NCBI RefSeq assembly: GCF_006345805.1
Contig: NC_043006.1
Location: forward strand, 91,264,001 to 91,328,000
From: Octopus sinensis
Lineage: Eukaryota
Direction: 5' to 3'
Length of the DNA: 64,000 nucleotides
The notes below the pieces were generated by a model. The model did no database searches. It was not told the DNA's origin and was given only the letters and a program-made list of their open reading frames with translations. The translations under genes and the position numbers were made by a program. How positions within the stretch are numbered: position 1 is the stretch's first letter; each line of letters opens with the position of its first letter. Shown here piece by piece: positions 24,608-37,010 of this stretch.

Positions 24608-26356
24608 TTACATAGAGAGTATTTTGCGTAGGATATGAGCAGTTCCCATGAGCACTATCTTTTGAATTTCTGCCATTTTGGGGTTTCCTGGTATCTGAGT
24701 TAGGTAGCAATCAGCCCCTTTCGCTATCATTCCCAGGGCACCTATGACAACAGGTATTGTTTTAGTCTTCAGGTTCCACATTTTGCTGATTTCTATTTCA
24801 AGATCTTTATATTTGCTCAGTTTTTGGTAGGTCTTGACAGATACGTTTATATCGATTGGGACGGTCATATCAATGAGGAGGCATGTTCTTTGTCTGAAGT
24901 CTTTCAATATGATGTCTGGCCTATTTGCATCTATCTTTCTGTCAGTTTGTATGGTGAAGTTCCAGAGGAGTGAGATGTGGTCATTTTCAAGCACTGGAGG
25001 TGGATTGTGTTCCCACCAGTTTTTTTCGTGGGGCAAATACAGGTTTTTGCAAATTACCCAGTGAATATATTGTGCAGCTCTATCATGCCTGTTGAGGTAC
25101 TCTGTAGGCGCTAGAAGACTGCATTTGGAGACAACATGATCAATGGTTTCATTTTGTTGTCGGCATACACGACATGTTGGGCTACTGCCGTTCTTTAATA
25201 TGTTGGCCTGGTAGTTTCTTGTTGGTAGGCATTGATCTTGAGCTGCTATGATAAACCCTTCTGTTTCAGATTTTAAGCCAGAGGCCATTAGCCATTGGTG
25301 GGTCAGGGCTTTGTCAATATCTGCATTATTCGCTCTCTTTGGGTATTTGCCATAGAGAGGTTTTTCTTGCCATTTATTATTCAGAATATCTAAGGCCGCA
25401 GTTTTGGCACGGGTTTTCATGCGCCTAGCTTTTTCTGTGCTTGTTTCTTGTATGTCTATCTCTAATTCCGAAATTTGTTGTATTCGGAATTCACTTAGAT
25501 ATTCTTTTGCCTGTTTTGTTACTGAGTATGATGCTTTCTTGTTTTCATGTTTTGAGACAAGTTTTAACATCTAGTCCTCAGACTTTTTCAGGTAGGTGTC
25601 TAGACCAATTGTAGCAATCTTCATTGTTATTGCCAGTTGTAAAAGACCACGGCCTCCCTCTTTTCTTGGCAGATAAAGTCGTTCTGTATCTGCCTTAGGG
25701 TGGTGCATTCTATGCAGTGTCAACAGTTTTCGTATTTTTCTGTCGAGCTGACATATTTCAGTAATTGACCAGTTAACGATATTGAAACTGTAAGTCACGA
25801 CTGGTATGGCTAATGCATTGATCGCTTCGATCCTGTTTCTTGCATTCAGCTCTGTCTTGAGTATTGCTCTCACTCTTCGATAACATTCTCTCCTGATCCT
25901 TTTCTTCATCTCTGAATGTCTTATTCCGTTCCCTTCAACTACCCCTAGGTACTTGTAGCTCTCCGCTGGGTCTAGTTCTTTTATGACATTCGGCTGGTCA
26001 AGGTTAACGTTAGATGTTTCTGTCATTTTTCCTTTGATAAAGGTAGCTTTTGCACATTTATCGAGGCCGAATTGCATTCTGATGCCGTCACTGAATTGTT
26101 TGACTATCGCTAGTAAGCCCTTGAGTTGTTGGTCATTTTTTGAAAAAAGCTTTAAATCATCCATGTAAATGAGATGATTTATATTTTTATCAAACATTTT
26201 ATACCCGTACTGCGCGTCATTGAGCAGTTTTGAGAGAGGTATTGAGGCTAAACAAAAGAAGAGTGGTGACAGTGAGTCACCCTGGAAAATGTCACATGAA
26301 ATTTTTACATCACCAGCATTTAGGGATTCATTGTCAATATCAAGTATAGTTTTCAT
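24608..26356 (-). pseudogene. R4-clade ORF: RT motifs 4-7, CCHC zinc knuckle and RLE; one premature TAG at 25571-25573
   Basis: ORFs 25571-26356 and 24608-25570 are contiguous and in frame (ED*MLK, likely from EDWMLK). Confidence 0.9.
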
Positions 26357-27097
26357 ATTGTTTTTTTCAGTAATTTTTGGGTTTTTGTAGGTTTGGTAGT
26401 TTTGTGAATCTTAAGGTTTTTCAAATATTCAATGTCAGATCTAAATAGTTTAATTTGTTGTTGCAAACGCTCTTGCCAAGAAGGCTTTTTGTGGGAGTGT
26501 TGCCGTTTTCTAATCTTTACACCACAAAGGATCGTTGAGATTTTCGCGGATGCATAGTATAGGTGGTTGAGATTTGTGATATCAACATCATTAGCTGAAA
26601 TTATATCCTTAATTGCAAGCCGGATTTTACCAATTATTTTCATGTTTTGGTTAGAGTTGCGGATTTTAGGGAGTGTATCACGTTCATCCATGCTGGTTTC
26701 TTTAATTTTCAGCCATTCAATCATGATTTGATTTTTTAGCTCATGTAGTTCTGTTGGGTCAATATATGTGGGACTTTCTTTATCTATTTGATGTTCATCT
26801 GTCTTAGTGTTTATGATTGGTTCAGGGAGTATTTCACTTTGCCTATCACTTATACTAACTCTTTCAATCCTTACTTCGTTTTTATCAGCCCTGGGCTGGT
26901 CTATAATTATTTCCTCTGTATTATCTTCTCTAGCTGCAGCTTCGTTCATTTTATCCGATATTGCTTGTCTAACTTGATCAATCTCTACTTCAGTCAGTAA
27001 TTTTTTTTTATAATGTTTCTTCTGACGTTGGCAAGTTTGTTACTGTCTATGTAGGGTCTTACTTCATGGTGTTTCTGTCTCCAGTTTAAGTAGGTTT
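26353..27097 (-). pseudogene. R4-clade ORF N-terminal region
   Basis: YLNWRQKHHEVRPYIDSNKLANVRRNII, a frameshift in an A9 run at about 27001-27009, then ORF 26353-26949 ending PSWQERLQQQIKLFRSDI. Confidence 0.7.
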
Positions 27098-27120
27098 GTA
27101 TAGTATTAGATTTATATTAG

Positions 27121-27175
<55 letters not shown>

Positions 27176-27179
<4 letters not shown>

Positions 27180-27350
27180 TCACTGCCTGGAATCAAATCC
27201 GGAATCTTGGGGTTAGTAGCCCGCGCTCTTAACCATTACGCCATATGCCCACGGGCATATGTTCGATTCCAGGCAGTGACCTGAATAATAATAATATCGA
27301 AAAATACCTTAGGAATGAGAACTCAGGTTTGAAATTTCCCCAAGACACCA
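27176..27350. mobile_element. Head-to-head pair of H4 tRNA-like heads (minus 27176-27250, plus 27253-27349)
   Basis: Minus strand: GGGCATATGGCGTAATGGTTAAGAGCGCGGGCTACTAACCCCAAGATTCCGGATTTGATTCCAGGCAGTGACCTG. The plus copy has a deleted head, then (AAT)n and the same body as 24300-24352, ending at CAAGACACC. Confidence 0.75.
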
Positions 27351-29384
27351 TAGTTTCCGGCTCGGAATTTCTGCATTAATATTCCTCGCACCTTCCGTTG
27401 CGTTGTTGCCTTTATTGAACTCATGAAGCAAAATATGCCGAATATGCTTTGAGGAAATAATTGTTAAAATCGAACTGCACTCTTCAAAATTTGCTCTAAG
27501 AATAAGGACAAGGTAAAATTACTACCTGCTTTTATTGTAAGTTGATGCAGGTAGTTTATCCCATCCCCCTCCGAATTTTAGTCCATGCAATTGAAAAAAC
27601 CGCATTATTTATGGACGACCCGATATATCGTCGGTAAGACAACTGGAAAGATGACACACACAGCATTTGTCTCCTACTTTAGTTAGGTCTTAGAATTTTA
27701 ACATTGTATGCTCCGGTTTTATGTACCAGAATTCGTCTCAGATCTATCTAGAAACCTATCTGTCAGTCTGTCTGTTTGTCTATCTGTCCAGGCACAAACA
27801 CACAAAAAATACCCATACATAAACACACTCTCACAAACATACAAACACACAATCCTTATGCAGAAATAAGGAATTAATTGGAGCTGTGGTGTGTGAATAC
27901 TTTTGTTAGAATTTTTATTCAAATTTTACAATAACTTACAATAAATTCGAAAATTACTCGGACGAAAACTAAAAAGAAATATTAATAATGAAGCGAAATT
28001 AATATTGTGTTGAGATTCTTTAGAATTTGATGTATAAAGAATAATATACGTTCTCAAAGAGTTGCAATTTATCACTTCTGCTTTATATCGAATAGCAGCA
28101 TTAAAAAAAATATTATTTATGAAACCGAACACTTCTTGTCTAATTAAGAAATAATTATTAACAAAATGAGCCACACTTTATCGAGACATTAATTAAAATG
28201 CAGGTGTTAAAATATGATATTCTAATGTATCAGGTTTGGATAAATGAATAGAGAATGATAAAGAGATGGAAACCTTTCAACTGCAGCTCGTACGTCTTCA
28301 ATTTAATGAGAAGACGTACAAGATAACTGTTTTTCAAATTAGAAATCAAGTCTTAGTGGAAGAAATACAGAACCTTCATAAAAACTCTTGTTCAAGGACA
28401 ACAAATTTTATAAAAACAAAAATACCGTGTTTACTTCTGTTAAAGACGAATTTGCGTGTGTGTTGCACCCATTATTTTGTGCAGGGATGTTGATACAAAA
28501 TGTTTATAATAAAAGCCAACATGGCGTGTTTCAGAGCCACAAACTACTGTCTTTTAAATAAGTCTCGAGTGATTACTTGAAAATTTTAATTATTAAGCTA
28601 ATGTTGTCTTTTCCTCACCGCACAATGAACCTTTTTCTTTATACTCAATATATTTATTTTATAAACTCTTTTCTTTAACTAAAGATTTGTTTAAATAGTT
28701 GATGTATGTGAGTAATTAACCTTCGCAGGCATATTTTTTTAGCTAGATACTTTTACTAGTTCTATTTTACAAAAAGAAAAGAAAAAAAAAACATCGATAT
28801 TTATTTATATACGAAAACACTTGGTTTGAATTGAAAGTAATATACTTAAAAAAAATTTTTTTCTCTCTGTTGCTAGTTTCAATCACAGGACTGTAGCCAT
28901 ATACACACATTCATACATACTTAAGGAAGCCTGATGGCTGCTTGCGACATTTCTATATATCATTGTCAGTGACATTTGGCAGGTAAGCAGCAACTGGACG
29001 CCTGTCACTGAGGAAGCGCAGTACTCTGCAATGACGTGATCTGGCAGTTCTAGCGCCCACGCTAAACGGCTTTCATCTGCTACGATATATGTCTGTGCAA
29101 AAGGACCTTTCAAGGCGAGTACCGCAGTATCAGGCGTTCTAATTACCACATTCACGTAGAATATAATGTTTACTGATATTGCTTCCGTCACTAATTTTTA
29201 TATTCATGTACGTCTATGGTAGGATCCCACGCATTTCCACCAAAGCTACAGAAGAAGACACTTCGAGTGCACGCCATGCGATCGAACCTGGAATCATACT
29301 CGCCAAGTGAATTTGTATCCAAACAGTTATTCCTCAATATCTATGGAATATTTTAGTTGTTATAATCATAATCTATATTGATTT

Positions 29385-29597
29385 CAAATTCTGGCACAAA
29401 GCCAGCCATTTCAAGAGAAGGATTAATTCGATTACATCGACGCCAGTGTTTAATCAGTACTTATGCTATCGAACCCGAAACGATAAAAGACAAAGTTGAC
29501 CTTTGAACTCAGGCGGAATTTGAACTCAGATCGTAAAGTCGGAAGAATTGCCGCGAAGCATTTTTCCGTCACGGTAACGATTCTGACCGCTTGCCAC
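29385..29597 (-). mobile_element. SINE family B
   Basis: GGTGGCAAGCGGTCAGAATCGTTACC...GAGTTCAAATTCCGCC...CTTGAAATGGCTGGCTTTGTGCCAGAATTTG. Confidence 0.75.
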
Positions 29598-30194
29598 CAT
29601 AAGCAACTGTAATAATACTCATGTAGTGAGAATATATAGTCAGTACAAGGTGTTGATGTGGCTGCGTGTATGTTATTATAAAAGTTCATAGAGAGATAAA
29701 AGAATAAATTCAAGATCTAAATATTTACTACATGAAAATATATTTTATTCTCCTTACGATGATGATACATGGACTAAAATTGCAGAAGCAAATTGAATGA
29801 AGTAATCTATGCAAGAAAGTTCAGAGATAGGAAATGTAGAACAACAGCCAAGTGGTGGCTTTCAGTCCTATTTGTCATGGGGTGGAGAGAAACAGACGTG
29901 GATGGCTCTAAATCTAATCGACTAAGGAGCGAAAAGCTGGGTTAGCAAGCTGTTTTTATTAATGGAACGCTAGACATACAAAAAACTTCCAAGAGAAACG
30001 CCAAGCTTCTTGAATAATTAAGAATCACATCTCATGACATGATGCTACGAGAAACTTAGAAAAGGGAGGTTATTCTATGATCTTTCTTGCAAGGGAGATC
30101 ATTCAACTATTTAGCTACCTACATCACTACACTCTTATTTTGACGCAAGGTCAGCAAGTTTGAGGGAAAAGAAACTCACGTGCTGAACTGGTGA

Positions 30195-30325
30195 TTATTT
30201 TTATTGATCCCCCAAAGGGTAAGAGGCAAATTCAACCTCGGCGGAACTTGAACTCAGAACTTAAAGCCGGACGAAATGCCTATGAAGAATTTCTTTCCGG
30301 CGTGGTAACGATTTTGCCAGCTCGT
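30195..30325 (-). mobile_element. SINE family B, partial
   Basis: GACGAGCTGGCAAAATCGTTACCACGCCGG...GAGTTCAAGTTCCGCCGAGGTTGAATTTGCC. Confidence 0.7.
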
Positions 30326-30600
30326 CTTTCCAATATACAAGTAAAATTAGTGGAAACATTGTTTAATACAGAATGTTATGAAACTAAGTAGAAATAAGTG
30401 AGCGATAATAATTGATACTATTTCTGTTTTTGCGGCAAAAGCGAGGGATGACGACTGCGAACATCACTTCGTTTTCTTCTCATCTCATCAACAAAGGATT
30501 CCCTTCACCGTTCTTACCGATAATTCTTCCATTATTTTCTTTTTTCCCCATTCAAAGAAAGTTCTATTAACTTAGATTTACTTCACAATACTGACGCAAA

Positions 30601-30685
<85 letters not shown>

Positions 30686-31371
30686 AAATTGCTGTCATCT
30701 AACTTCTCTTGTGATACCGAGAATCAGTAAAGAATTATGTTCCCTCACCAAATCCACTGATTTCAATATTACGTTTCCTTTTCTTCTTATTCTCCCCCCC
30801 CCTTTCCTTCCATCTTAGCTGTTCACGGACTCGACACATTCGATGTGTTCAACCAATAAATTATTTTGACTTCAAGAAAACGAAGATGTTCGTGTCTCGG
30901 ATATTTCTCAATTTTATCAATTTTTTTCTTTATCTCCATATTAATATCCTTGCTAGCGGTAAATCTCATACGACTCAAAATGATATTGAATGATATTCGT
31001 GAATTTACAAATTCCAATAAAGGAACCGTCAATAAGAAGACCATGAAAAAAGAAAAGAGAGAATAACAAAATAAACAAAAGTAAAAGAAAAAATAACAAT
31101 ACAACAGAAAATGATGTGCCGAGGACGATCGGATCTAAATGAAGCAGGATTTATGTCAAAAGTGAAATTATCTGGAAGAATTTCTTCAAATGATTTCGCT
31201 TGAAACGCAATTTGTTCCTATTTTGGTATCTTGAATACTCTTCGACGGCAGAAATTGATCAGAGGAGATGTCAATTTCAATGCAATGCAATTCCTTCGGT
31301 AACATTGTGCCTGACACTCCTACAGCCTGATATTTCTCTTTAGCCTGTTCTCCACTGTTCCTCTCTCTCTC

Positions 31372-31473
<102 letters not shown>

Positions 31474-31764
31474 ACACATGTATGTGTGAACGTGTGAATG
31501 TACCTGTATGTATACATGTGTCAGTGGTGCGTGTTTGTGTCTGTCATTTGAGGTATAGTTTGCAAAACTGAAGACGTTTTCTAGAATTGTCTGTGACAAA
31601 CGTTTTGTATAAAAATGTAAAAGCGAATCTAAACCGAAAACAAATAAATAAATTGCCAACTTACCGAGAAACAACAAACGAAAAGGGTAAAGAAAACGAG
31701 TTATTTTTTCACTTAATATTTACAATATTTACTCGATTTCCCAACAAACATGTGTGCATGTACA

Positions 31765-31768
31765 AATA

Positions 31769-31844
<76 letters not shown>

Positions 31845-31852
31845 ATGTATAT

Positions 31853-31921
<69 letters not shown>

Positions 31922-32118
31922 GTATATATATATATAGTATATATATATATATTATATATATATATATATAATGTATATATATATATATATATGTAATATA
32001 TATATATATATGTATATATATATATGTATATATATATATTATATGTATATATATATATATATGTATTATATATATATATAGTATATATATATATATATAT
32101 GTATATATATAATATATG

Positions 32119-32149
<31 letters not shown>

Positions 32150-32172
32150 TATGTATATATATATATATATTG

Positions 32173-32242
<70 letters not shown>

Positions 32243-32259
32243 TTGTATATATATATATG

Positions 32260-32295
<36 letters not shown>

Positions 32296-32365
32296 TATAT
32301 ATATATATATCTATATATATATATATATATATATAGTATATATATATATATATATTATGTATATA

Positions 32366-32398
<33 letters not shown>
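31765..32398. repeat. About 630 bp interrupted (TA)n array
   Basis: Direct reading; contains G and TT interruptions. Confidence 0.95.
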
Positions 32399-32419
32399 CA
32401 GGGAAACCTCGGAAGGAAT

Positions 32420-32554
32420 AGGCGCAGGTGTGACTCTGTCGCATGAAATTTGCTTCACAACCACATAGTTCCGGTTTCAGTTCTACTGTGTGACACCTTG
32501 GGCTAGTGTCTTCCACTATTGCCTCGGTAGGCAGAAACTGAAAGAAGCCTGTCG

Positions 32555-32555
<1 letters not shown>
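32420..32555 (+). mobile_element. SINE family A, 5' half
   Basis: AGGCGCAGGTGTGACT...CCTTGGGCTAGTGTCTTCCAC...GAAACTGAAAGAAGCCTGTCG. Confidence 0.7.
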
Positions 32556-32596
<41 letters not shown>

Positions 32597-32874
32597 TGTA
32601 TTTGCGTGCATGTGTGTGCATGCATATATGTAGAAGAGTATCCCTAAAAATGTATGCACACTTTAACAGCTGATAACTCGATTTCCATTTCTTTTTAGAT
32701 TTAACACATTGCAAATAAGGGAACGAAACTCGGCTGTGAAAAAGGGAAATCGACTCCAAAGTGCCGCTCCACGTTTGAAATCGCAATCGAAGTGTAGAGA
32801 CAGCTAAGGAGGAAGTTTCAAATAGATCGATGCACGCCATTTGCCGAAACTCAGCAGTGATGTCTATAAATACA

Positions 32875-33221
32875 AACTTGTTACCAGTTCAAACATGCTT
32901 GAGGTGTATTCGAACAGGTAAGTATGCCATTCACTGTATTTTGTATTTGAGAACATTTCTCGCTATAGAGAAACAGGTGTAAATACGCTGAGTCAGTTCA
33001 CAGCACCCCCTAACCAGATTGTTGTATGTATGCATTTCGGAGTGGTTATCTCCTCTTCAACAGCAGAGACAGGGAAGGCAGACGCTGCGAACTGACACGA
33101 GAACTGGGTTCCTCTGATGGTATTCCCGTCATCGTCCAATGACTGGTTGTGCTATTCAGCTGCTCACCGTAAATGAATGACGTGGTGACTGTCTGAAGCA
33201 TACTTGAACTGGTAACAAGTT
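32875..33221. repeat. Inverted repeat pair (26 bp arms, 2 mismatches) about 300 bp apart
   Basis: AACTTGTTACCAGTTCAAACATGCTT (32875-32900) versus AAGCATACTTGAACTGGTAACAAGTT (33196-33221). Confidence 0.75.
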
Positions 33222-33968
33222 CAAATTAATGAATTAACAGTTTCTTTTCGATTCATCATCCATACAGCGAAGTAAACATGAAATTCTTATCTTCTTCGGT
33301 ATAACTTCATTTGCTACAGTATTAAATAGCAATTTTTATATCCCGTTGCCATACATGTAATTTCTGATGCAGCGAGAAACTAATTTGTTTTAAGCCTTAT
33401 GTAAACTTCCTTCTTAATTCTACATCACTCAATAACTGTAGAATTTATTACTAATTGAAAATACATAATTAATTGTACATCAGTCTTCGTCCCTACAGAT
33501 GACGTCCAGTGCACTAAACAGCACTAAAAATGTAATCACGTATAAAGCCTCGTCGGTTCAGTCTTTGATTGTGTTTGTTATTATGGTAATTATGTTTGTT
33601 CATCTCTCCTCGTTTAGCACGGGTAGTTGCTTCAAAAAGAAAGTAAAACAAACTCAAAACAGTGTTAAATAAATCAGAGATAAATGAATAAAAGAATATA
33701 TGAGAACTAGAAAAGCACTTGGAGAGCGCAGACCTCCGCCAAGCAGCTCATTTCCACCCATATACATGCATGCTGAAAATCGCCCAATTTCCCAAACCAA
33801 CGCCGGCAAAAACATAACCTCCTTCCATACTAATCTCGACCATCGTCTCTGCTTTCACCACAACCACCGTCAAAACTATAGAAGAAAACTCGGAAATTCT
33901 CATGAACTTTCAGAACTACTCGGCCTTAATGGAGCGATCGATACAGTGGAAACGTGACGAGGAGTATC

Positions 33969-34552
<584 letters not shown>

Positions 34553-35744
34553 TAATGTTCTGCAGAGCAGAAAAACATTGAAACGATCCACCGTTAGCAT
34601 GTCGGTTATTTATTCAAAACTGGACACAACAAACTTACGAAGTAGCGCCACATTACCAAAATACTACCGCTGAATTCACTTCTACTAACTCGACGTATCT
34701 AGCTACTTATATTTAGGTGGACAGAGTCAGTGGGAATAAATATTTTGATTATACACGCAGTGACGTCTCACTGACAAGCTTACATATATCACTAGGTATC
34801 TTTCCATCTCAATATCCGTTGCTTTGCTTATTTATGTTTTTCATCTAATATTACTCGCGTTCCGAGACGGATTGGAAATATCTTTTATCAGGAAACAATT
34901 TGTCACGTTGTAACTGTTAATGTTAGAATTATATTTCTACAGGAAAATTTCAACATTATTAATTTATCTATCACATTCGATTATTTAAACTGGACTTTAG
35001 TTCGCGATTCGATTTCCTGTGACTCGGTTTGGAGCAAATTGTTCTGGAGATACGACGTCTCAAATTTCCTCACTTGATATGTGCCTGTGTATGTACGTAT
35101 GTATGTGTGTATGTATCTGTGTATGTATGTGTATGTGTGTGTATGTATGTATATATGTATGTATGTGTGTATATGTGTTTGTGTATGTATGTATGTGTGC
35201 GTATATATATATATATGTTTATATATACATATACACGTACATCTAAAGGAAAGTAATTACACACGTTTACCCACATTACATACATACATACATACATACA
35301 CGCACACATATATGCATACATATGTGGATATTTAAACACACAAATATATGAAATATATTTATTTACGTAAAGGTCTTGTCCGTTAAAAGTGTTTCGTTCG
35401 ATTGTTACGTTCTGCTAGACTTTAGCCTATACAATGTGTATAGACAGACGTAAATACATTGTCTTCATATTCAGTATCTTGGGCAGAAAGATCTGTCGGA
35501 TTAGTCTGCCTTTTTCGTTGAGATTTTGTCAGCACCAGAGGACGACGAGTGTTTACATCCATTATATACAGAGTGCTCGCTAAAATCTATAGATTTATTC
35601 CGTAGAATAGCATAGCTTTGAAGCAAAACGCGAGTTATGCACCAGTAACCAGTTAAGCTTGTTGTCAATGACACCTTAGATAGGCAAAACCAGTCTATCC
35701 AATTCACAACAGGTTTATAAGCAATATTTTCATGGATAGAGAGA

Positions 35745-35992
35745 GGAGAAATGGAAAGAAAGGAAGAGACATAAACAAGAGATCATGGCACTACAACCAG
35801 CCAGGAACAGTCTTCGCTACATTTGCAGTACCTGCCAGAGGGAGTGTTTGTCCAGGATAGGACTACACAGCCACAGCAAGAAATGTAACAGGAAATAAAA
35901 TATAACAGCCGGACTAGACCTAGGAAAAAAAAAAAAAAAAAAAAATGCGCAACTCCATTGTCTCCCGAGACAGAAAGGATGCCAAACCAATT
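35745..35992 (+). mobile_element. 3' end of an RTE-clade LINE
   Basis: 35761-35898 encodes YICSTCQRECLSRIGLHSHSKKC* (C2H2-type C-terminal motif of RTE ORFs), followed by the terminus CCATTGTCTCCCGAGACAGAAAGGATGCC. Confidence 0.75.
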
Positions 35993-36209
35993 GAAGAGGG
36001 TAGTCCGTTGTACATGAAATGCCATACTGGCTTACAGCTAATTCGGTTGACCCCTTTCTTTCAATATTTAAAAACCAAATGTCCATATCTGTTTATAAAT
36101 ACAGCTATATGCAAAATATGTAGATATGTTCTGTGCCACTGTTTAATACACAACACACACACACACATATATGTATATATATATATATATTATATATATA
36201 TATAAGTAT

Positions 36210-36269
<60 letters not shown>

Positions 36270-36274
36270 ATACT

Positions 36275-36545
36275 TATTCCATCAGTCTATATTGTTGACC
36301 CACTAGCTTAAAGAGACGTAAACAAACCAACGTCGGTTGTCAAGCAGTAGGGTGACAAACACAGACACATACACACACACCTATCATATAAATATGACGA
36401 GATTCCACAGTTTCCTTCTACAAAATCGACTCATGAGGCATTGGTCGGCCTGTGGGCCATTGAAGACAAGAGTCCAAGATGCAGTGGGACGCAACTGGAA
36501 ATAACGTGGTTGCCAAGAAAGATTCCTAACCACAATAGCCATGTC
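36275..36545 (-). mobile_element. SINE family A, degenerate
   Basis: Minus strand: ATGGCTATTGTGGTTAGG...GGCCGACCAATGCCTCATGAGT...GCTTGACAACCGACGTTGGTTTG. Confidence 0.65.
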
Positions 36546-36559
36546 TCTCGGTCTATCTA

Positions 36560-36732
36560 TCTTACTGCCTGCCTGCCTGCCAGTCTGTCTGTCTGTCTGT
36601 CTGCCTGCGTACCTGTCTGTCTGCCTACTTGACTGCCTGCCAGTCTACCTACCTACCTACCTACCTACCTACCTACCTACCTACCTACCTACCTACCTAC
36701 CTACCTACCTACCTACCTACTTACCTACCTAC

Positions 36733-36818
<86 letters not shown>

Positions 36819-36820
36819 GG
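36560..36820. repeat. (CCTG)/(TCTG)/(CCTA)n/(TCTA)n compound microsatellite
   Basis: Direct reading. Confidence 0.95.
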
Positions 36821-37010
36821 ACAGACGTAAGTTGGTAGTTTTCTACGTTTAAAATTGTTGATTGTCAAACATTTTATGTCTAAAAGGTGTACAACAACAC
36901 CCAACCCATACTTTCATTAACATCCACACAAAATTTCGCCCTTTGTGGGCAAAATTTTAAAAAATTCTCAAAGGCTTCGTGGTTTTATTTTAACCATTTT
37001 TATTTCAAAA

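Larger units (their letters stand above)
24416..27120 (-). mobile_element. R4/Dong-clade non-LTR retrotransposon (RT plus C-terminal RLE endonuclease), 5'-truncated, internally deleted, inserted in (TAA)n
   Basis: Motifs IFQGDSLSPL, YMDDLKL, CRVC..NETIDHVVSKC, LWNFTIQTDRKI..NRPDII, LIDMTVP and KLSKYKDLE..ISKMW. (ATT)n lies on both flanks (24362-24415, 27124-27175). Confidence 0.92.

Noticed and set aside
27176-27255. tRNA-Ser-like gene
   Set aside because: There is no proper acceptor stem, and it runs into (TAA)n and a repeat body shared by another copy. It is a SINE-type head.
28883-29191. 102 aa minus-strand ORF and a possible 13 nt microexon (CAG|TGACATTTGGCAG|GTAAGC)
   Set aside because: No recognisable homology or supporting exons; motifs like these are expected by chance.
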